A model generated the notes under the pieces. That model was not told the origin of the DNA and did not search any database. It saw nothing but the letters and a program-made list of their open reading frames with translations. A stretch of 63,928 bases of DNA, filler included, from Licmophora abbreviata (Eukaryota), in NCBI GenBank assembly GCA_900291995.1. It is 11 parts of 11 records of this genome, joined end to end, with 100 filler letters (N's around TTAATTAATTAA, not from the genome) between each part and the next. Parts side by side here need not be neighbours in the genome. Positions count along the whole stretch, not along the records: positions 52,706 to 59,716 come from OLMU01000520.1; positions 59,817 to 63,928 come from OLMU01000528.1; 9 more parts are not named here. One strand, 5' to 3'. The position numbers were made by a program, and so were the translations under genes. Shown here in pieces: positions 57,372 through 63,928 of the stretch (its first letter is position 1; every line of letters begins with the position of its first letter).

Positions 57372-58676
57372 TCATCGGTTGGGACTCAGAGAGATTCTCG
57401 CGCGTTGACGGCGACTCACGTACCAAAGTACAAAGAGTGCAATCGCGGCTTTCCATTTCCGACCATGGGGGCATCGGCACTTCCGCACTACCGCGGCAAC
57501 CTGCTCAATTACACTCGATGGTACTGTCTTGTACATAATCAAATCCGCTATGCTCAAAGGAGCTCCCTTGCTCCACAGAGTGGCCATCGCAGCACCTGCC
57601 GCCATGCTGACCACCGATCTTCGTGTCCCCGTCTGTAGCCGAGACAACAGAAATACAGCCGTGACGGACACTCCCACGGCCGGAACCACCGATTCGGAGA
57701 AGTTTGTAGGAACTAGATTCTTTAGAGAGCGTGTCATTTGGTCTTTGATAATGTTGCCCATTACCTTCATCGGGTCCTCCTCTTCGACAACATGCTGGGC
57801 ATCGCGTCTTACGGTGTCGTATGGTAGGGAGCAGCAAGCACTAGGACCGCTCGCAGCGACTCTATCTGCCGGAAAGTGCACTCCCACAGGCAAGAGGTTT
57901 CTCTTGTTTTGTGATACAAAGTCCCTCTCTCGTGCCGGTGTCGCCGGTAACTCTTCCGTATCCTCGCTTGCTTGGTCCGAACTGTCGTCATCCGAATCCA
58001 CGAACTTGTCACAATCGACTGTTCTCACTTTGTCCATGTCGAGACTGTCGGCAATTTTGGTAGTTTTCTCTTCATCGTATTGTAGCCATTGCTGTATACG
58101 CTCGGGGAAAAGCTGCTTCATTCCGCCAGGAGTCGTCAATATCGTTCGAGCCTGCGCTGGAGTCGTCCAGAGACACGAGTTGACAAGTCGCACTCGCTGT
58201 TCGGTCGTCATGGGCAGAGCATACATGCTAGCGTTCCCCACAAAGCATGATACGACAGTGGCAATGAGCCCTGTCTGCGGGTCGAATATGAATCGTAAGA
58301 CATCGTCCAATACTACCGTGTCGAGCCAAACGACAAATTGATGCCGTGTAGCGTCGTGCAAATAGTGGGTGACATCGTAAAGAGTCAGGAGAGCGCCAAT
58401 GCCCAAGCAGGCAATGCACCCGAGCGTTCTAAACGAAAGTTGTGTCAAATAGGGGAATAGAAGAGCAAGTAGAATAGTTCCAACGAGCAGCGGTCCACGC
58501 CAAAGCGTGGCCAGACTGGGCTCCGTCATGGTCCTCCTCGCTGATGACGCGTTGTCCCCCTGCGTTGTGTTCTGCGTTTTCGAGTTTTCGGCATATTCTG
58601 GAAACGTTCGGATAATATTGGAGCTTTTCGAAGTTTTTCCAGATATGTTTGGAAAAATCAGACCAGTCATCGCCAT
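57372..58676 (-). CDS. Hypothetical multi-pass membrane protein
   Basis: 434-aa ORF with several hydrophobic segments; the start may be MTEPS at 58529. Confidence 0.6.
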   Translation of the reverse strand: MAMTGLIFPNISGKTSKSSNIIRTFPEYAENSKTQNTTQGDNASSARRTMTEPSLATLWRGPLLVGTILLALLFPYLTQLSFRTLGCIACLGIGALLTLYDVTHYLHDATRHQFVVWLDTVVLDDVLRFIFDPQTGLIATVVSCFVGNASMYALPMTTEQRVRLVNSCLWTTPAQARTILTTPGGMKQLFPERIQQWLQYDEEKTTKIADSLDMDKVRTVDCDKFVDSDDDSSDQASEDTEELPATPARERDFVSQNKRNLLPVGVHFPADRVAASGPSACCSLPYDTVRRDAQHVVEEEDPMKVMGNIIKDQMTRSLKNLVPTNFSESVVPAVGVSVTAVFLLSRLQTGTRRSVVSMAAGAAMATLWSKGAPLSIADLIMYKTVPSSVIEQVAAVVRKCRCPHGRKWKAAIALFVLWYVSRRQRARISLSPNR

Positions 58677-58860
58677 GTGAAATTTTCACCTGCTACATAT
58701 TTAGATATCAAACTTCAAGACTCAACTTGGTGTGTGCGGTCATTGCGATCCGGCGTCTTCTCTTGATCGCGCTTTCGGAGAACCAACGGAAGCACAACGA
58801 GGACCCCTCATCAAAAGTCCACCGTGTTTCGCTGTTGCTCCCTTCGTTCTACTTTGAACC

Positions 58861-59716
58861 ATGAGTCTCTCAACCCGTTTTCCAGTCTACCAGATCGATT
58901 TCTCAGCCGTGGCCAGCGGAAAGCGTATTGCGAGTACGAAAAGGCGCATTCGTTGGTAGGTCTCTTTCGTGCGCATGCATATTATTTCTAGATCTCGTCG
59001 ACACTGCGTGGACTCCTCCGGGACTCCTCCGTGTTGCGCTGCACTGCTCATGCGACACCGCGTGTTCGCTCCAGGTCTTATTCTGTGGCCCTCTCTGTGG
59101 CGGCATGATATCTCACTGTTTCTACGACTCTCATTGTGAAAATTTTCCAGGAGATTCGGCTTTCCAAGCCAGGATGCACTGGACGGTGGTGAGACCGGCA
59201 CGGCGTGTCGCGGTGAGGAGCACGATGTGACTGTCATCTGGTCCATTACGTCTGGAAAGCGCCAGATCACCATGGATGGACGCGAAGTGCATTTCTCTGC
59301 CAGTCGCTCAGGAGCTCTCGAGTACAGCTGGTCCGTTCGCGGAAACCATGTCCTCAAGGTGACGGCCCATGCCGCTCCGCCCATGTCGGCTCAACCAGGA
59401 TTTCGTCAGTACGACTTGCACGTTGACGGGCAGTCTTTCTTCAACATGCCCAAGGTCTATGAGCTGGGTATCAGTGGACCTACGTCTCGGTCTCCTCGAG
59501 CGCTGACCAATGGTGCTGCTGGCTATGGTGGCGGCGGCGGCGGTCGAGGATATGTCGATCAGGAAGAGGCCGATCTTCAACGTGCTGTCCAGTTGTCGAT
59601 TGAGGAGTCGCGCCGTCATTTGTCACTCGACAACGGCAGCTCGTATGGCAATGGGTACAGCGAACCGCCGAAGCCCTCACCTGCGGCAGGGGAGATCTCC
59701 TGGGCTTTGCTGGCGG
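58861..59716 (+). CDS. FAIM-like beta-domain + ubiquitin-interacting-motif protein, 3' end truncated by gap
   Basis: Exon 1 ends GKRIASTKRRIRW; intron 58956-59150; then RFG..EEHDVTVIWSITSGKRQITMDG..YSW..TAH..RQYDLHVDGQSFF; UIM-like EEADLQRAVQLSIEES. Confidence 0.75.
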
Positions 59717-60230
59717 NNNNNNNNNNNNNNNNNNNNNNNNNNNNNNNNNNNNNNNNNNNNTTAATTAATTAANNNNNNNNNNNNNNNNNNNNNNNNNNNN
59801 NNNNNNNNNNNNNNNNCCGACCGCATACTGCTGCTGGAATCAGGAGAGGCCGACGTCAACCGAAATGCGCCCCACCGATGCCGTACTTGCTCAGAGACAG
59901 CCGCGATTTGCGATGGGATGTGCTGGGGCTTCTGGAAATACTCGGACGTGGTTACTTCTGCGCCGGACGAAAAGCGCAAATGTGACAAAGTATGCGCCGA
60001 GAACCAAGTCGTGAGGAAGCGCGATGACCACGCTTTGGCAAAACTGTCTAGAGAAACGTGATAAAGTGTACAAGTATGTGCAATGTAGCTAATGCGATTT
60101 CAGTCTACCTCTAGTCGTATAAGCTTTGGCAGCCTCCGATCAGAATTGTGAGCAAGTGCCGCGCTCTCCCTCTATTGATACGAATGGATGAATGATGCCT
60201 TGGTGTTGTATGGCTGGTCCACGTTGACCT

Positions 60231-61672
60231 TTATCGATACCAATCGATGAATGATTCCTTCGTCCACCTGTGCTGTATGCCTGGTCCATGTTGAGGTTTC
60301 CGTACCACTCCGCCATACATTACTTTTTGGGACGTTCCACCGGCATGGAAAGTTTGACCCCCAAAGTTGTTTGCACTCGCACCCGGTGAATAGTCTTGTA
60401 TCTCGACCACCTCTCCGCGCACATCGTCTTCAAGACCACCGACATCCCTCGTAACAAAGGCGTCTTCTTGGATATATGGTAGCGTACCATTCGCGGTGAC
60501 GTCGCATCTTTCAATCTGGACTCTAGCCATGCGGAGCGAGCTCAGACCAGTATGGTAATTCGCCGCCAGGAGTGAATCAACGAGACGCACTTTGGCCTTC
60601 GTTTCGACAAAAACACCAGAATGGCCAGCCGGAACTCCGCCATCGATTCCTGACCCTCCTCCATTCCGGACAATGTTGCAGTGCTCGATCTGAGCCGTTG
60701 ATTCTCCCACATAGACTCCAGTAGCGGCACAGTCGTGAATCGACGTGCGACGCATGATAATCCTGGCCCCGTCAATGGCAACGACGCCGCGTCCTGACGC
60801 GCTCTGAATCGAGCAGTTCTCCAGACGGACTTGAGAGCCTGAGTCTTTCACCAGTATGGCGCTATTTCCATCCCAAATATCGAGACCGCCAGTGGAATGG
60901 AAAAGGTGAATGCCAACCAGAACAAGCTGGGCAGAGGAGCGCACGGAAAAACATGGTTCCCCATCGCCGGATGTCCAGAGGATGCCGACTCCTTGACGAG
61001 GGTTGGACGCTACAATGTGTAAAGGAAGGGAGCTCTCCAGTCCCGGTTCCTCTTCCAACATTATGGACTCCTCGTAGATTCCTGCTCGGACGGTCACTGT
61101 GCGTTCCACCGGACTAACGTGTCGCAGTGCGGATGTGATGCTTGGCAGGTCGTCCGGGACGCAGGGAACTCGAAAGTAGTACAAGTATGGACTCAAAGCG
61201 ATGTCGGTGTACAGAAGCTTCCCTGTCTGTCGACAAAAGCCTCTCCAGAGGCCATCAGATGTCGCTTCCTCCCTGGTAGCAGACACAAGCAGCACAGTTC
61301 GCGTCGTCAGCATTGATACGAGACAAGTCGACGGTTCGAGTCAAAGTGGGTACCTACCGGAATGCCTTGCAGACCCGTATGAGACTCTTATCTACTTCGA
61401 CTGGGCTCAGAAATGAAAGCACCGTCAACAGAACGTCACTAGGAAGTTCCACGATGGATCGATTCGACCTCTGAGAAGGGCAGACGCCGGCTTTCAATGA
61501 ATTTGATGAGAACATTCTGCTTGGTGATGAAAACGTGCGCTTTCAGCAGGGTTAGAGACTCCAATACCTCTATACTTCCGTATTCCCTGTGGATTCAACC
61601 AGTCTCTTCGTACCGTTGGTCAATCAAACGCTCCCTCCCGTCAGGTTCAGGAACGCAAACTGTTTCTTCCAT
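60231..61672 (-). CDS. F-box protein with right-handed parallel beta-helix repeats (FBXO11-like architecture)
   Basis: F-box exon ELPSDVLLTVLSFLSPVEVDKSLIRVCKAFR (absent from ORF track) splices through intron 61273-61357 to EEATSDGLW; then VRAGIYEE, ENCSI, IHDCAATGVYV, HCNIVRNG. A first exon via intron 61517-61613 is tentative; alternative start 61515. Confidence 0.8.
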
Positions 61673-61883
61673 GGTCACCCCAATTTGATGTGTGATCACG
61701 ATCAAAAGACGCGCGAAGCGGGGACGATCGATTTTTTTAGAAGCGCGAGCGCGCAAGCATACGAGCTCCGAGCTCCAAACCAGTTAGCGCTGTGTTGAAT
61801 TCTTCACAAAAGCCTCTGCTAGTACACCACATCGAGCGTTCGTTCCTGTAGAGTATAGCCTCTCGCTTCAGACAAACAGCACC

Positions 61884-62423
61884 ATGAGCATCCGTCCAGA
61901 CAATTTACCGCCCGTCCAGGATATGCCCCCTGAAGGAGGATTTCGGAAGGTACGTTTGGCTGTTAGAAGAATGGAAATTTGATTGGAACTTGTTTCGTCA
62001 AAGCGGCTGGATACCCTTCTGGTAGAAATCTACGTGACTCTCTACCTGGTACTGACGTCATGGTCCCTGTCGCTGCGCCGCAACCAGGTTGATACCGCTC
62101 GCGTCTTTCGTCCTCGCGGACCCAAAGGATGGCAATTGTGGGCAGGTACTAGTGTTATGATCATGTATGGATTCTACAAGGTCGGTCAGACAAATCAGGA
62201 GAAGGCGCAGCAGAAACTGGAGGAACGTAAAGTCAGATACGCGTTAGCCCCTTTGCTACAGGCCGAAGCCGACACGGAGTATTTGGTAAGGGAAAAGGAG
62301 ATTCTTGAGAAAGAGAAAGAAATTATGAAGAATGTACCAGGCTGGCGGCCAGGGCAGAGTCCATACTTTACGGGGCGATGGATGCCTCGAAAGGTTGATC
62401 AGTTCGACAGAGGCCTAAAATAG
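61884..62423 (+). CDS. NDUFA13: NADH:ubiquinone oxidoreductase subunit A13 (GRIM-19)
   Basis: VQDMPPEGGF, intron 61950-62087, RGPKG, RYALAPLLQAEAD, EIMKNVPGW, RWMP. Confidence 0.92.
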
Positions 62424-62524
62424 GCGCCAGTCAACATTTGTATCGTAATTCGAAACGGTTTACTAGTCGACGTACTTGTACTACAATACTACTTGTCAAC
62501 GGTATAAGGAAAATAGGACGTTTG

Positions 62525-63858
62525 TCACTTGGTCGCCGCGTCTTCCTCCTCTTCGAATATCTGTTCATACTCAGTGATCTCTCCGCCTAGTCCCTGGCAC
62601 ATGTCACGGATAACTCCAACGTAGTCAGCCCATGAGTCGCCTCGACCAACGAACTCAAAATAGTCGGCGAGTAACTCTTCTCCAGCACGTATGTCGCGCA
62701 AAGCCATGTCGAACCCAGCAGTTGCAGCCGGCAAACGACGGTCAACAAACGGACTATAGAGTGTGTCTGTGTGGTCCCCGATCTCGCCCAGCATCGAGTC
62801 AGGGCGATTCTCAGGATCGACCGTCATCTCAGTCAGCGTCGAGTTCTCATGACCGCAGTTCGAAGTTCCATTGCAGCCGTGATTCACAAACGTTTGGAGC
62901 CCGCAATCGACGCTTACTCCTTCCTTTCCCTGTAGCACGTATTGCGCACAAAGGCAAGCATCGTCAGAACCGAATAATGTATCCTCGCCATGGTCGCCAT
63001 TCTATTCCCCACTTACGTAACTAACGTGCCAGAAGCCATAGCCGGTAGCGTAAGCAAGAACACCAAACAAGTCCTCTGCCTCATCCAGATTTCCCTCAAG
63101 AGATTGCATTATTTCGCTTGTAGAGGGAAAGATACGTACTGCATGGACCGTTTCTTCCGCTCCAATATACGACCCCTGCGGAATGTCTACGGTGGCAAAT
63201 ACACCCCGGCCCGAATTCTCCGCGGCCCCGCTACTCCGCACCTCAAATGCTGTATTTGGTACGTTCGGAATGTCCATATCGAACTGAAGGGACGGCGAGG
63301 AGCACTCTTCCGGAGCTGAGTCCTCGCGGCAAAACACAATCTCTGTCGATTTCGACGGTATCTGGTAGGATACCATTGCTGGACCGTCGAAGTAGCGAAA
63401 CGGGGAACCTCCGGTGTTCGTTCGCTTCCCTCGCTGATGGATCGCCACGTCGATTTCCGCCTCGTTCGAGTACCACCTTGCCCTTGTTTCGTAGTTCTTG
63501 AACACTACCGCGTAACTCCAAGCGTAAAAGAAGCCGCAATGGGACTGCAGAGAAGCGAGGACAGAAGGAAGCGTTGGTTAGATGTTGCTTGAGAGCGTTG
63601 GCGAAACAAAGAAACCTGTTGGCTTCACGTACCTCTTCGTAGGCATGGATGCTCTTGAAACCGGCTTCCTCGAGAAGTTGCATGAGATTTGCCCGATTTC
63701 GCATACGCGATACCGTTTCGGGGGGATCACCAATGTCCGCGGTAGGACCGAGCTGCATGATCATGACGCCATCTTCCGACAGCCCGTTGTACAAGGCCTT
63801 GAGAAAGCCCAAATCATCGTACAGAGCTCGTGCGAAGGGAACATCTGTCTCGGGGTCT
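62525..63858 (-). CDS. C-terminal part of a spermidine-synthase-like aminopropyltransferase fused to a SET domain; 5' part outside window
   Basis: DPE..FLKALYNGLSEDGVMIMQLG..AGFKSIHAYEESHCGF..WSY, then SET motifs GRGVFATVDIPQG, FVNHGC, ALRDIRAGEELLADY. Introns 63545-63632, 62930-63016 and one starting beyond the window that ends at 63859. Confidence 0.8.
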
Positions 63859-63928
63859 CTGTGCGGAACACAAATTCAGAAAAAAGTCAGATAGTGTACC
63901 GTAGCAAAGCTCAAAGCTGAGCGTTTTC

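Noticed and set aside
57529..58341. 270-aa plus-strand ORF
   Set aside because: Antisense to the longer 434-aa membrane-protein ORF, with shadow-like Ser/Thr-rich composition.

Overview
Gene-dense, intron-containing eukaryotic nuclear DNA, almost certainly from a diatom (Lhcf/FCP antenna genes, signal peptide + ASAFAP-type plastid presequences, bZIP-PAS factor, aminopropyltransferase-SET fusion). I reconstructed about 35 protein genes by hand, mostly with 70-140 nt GT-AG introns, plus one tRNA-Ile(AAT). Ten artificial 100-nt gaps (N44-TTAATTAATTAA-N44) separate contigs; several genes read across them, so most joins look collinear. Strongest unusual observation: a full-length ABCB/P-glycoprotein-type transporter with permuted domain order TMD-NBD-NBD-TMD, with both unusual junctions inside exons. 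Other highlights: a proteasome beta1 subunit with an apparent signal peptide (periplastid candidate); an FTR1 iron permease with an ACACGTGC motif about 235 nt upstream; a spermidine-synthase-like-SET fusion; a small 4-Cys Tat-targeted lumenal protein the ORF track mistranslates; a bZIP whose PAS domain is split by about 250 aa; two FAIM-like paralogs sharing an intron position; an inverted, apparently gene-converted FCP pair; and several -1 frameshifts in short homopolymers that are probably sequencing errors. All family calls come from motif recognition by eye; no database searches were run, and literature references are from memory.
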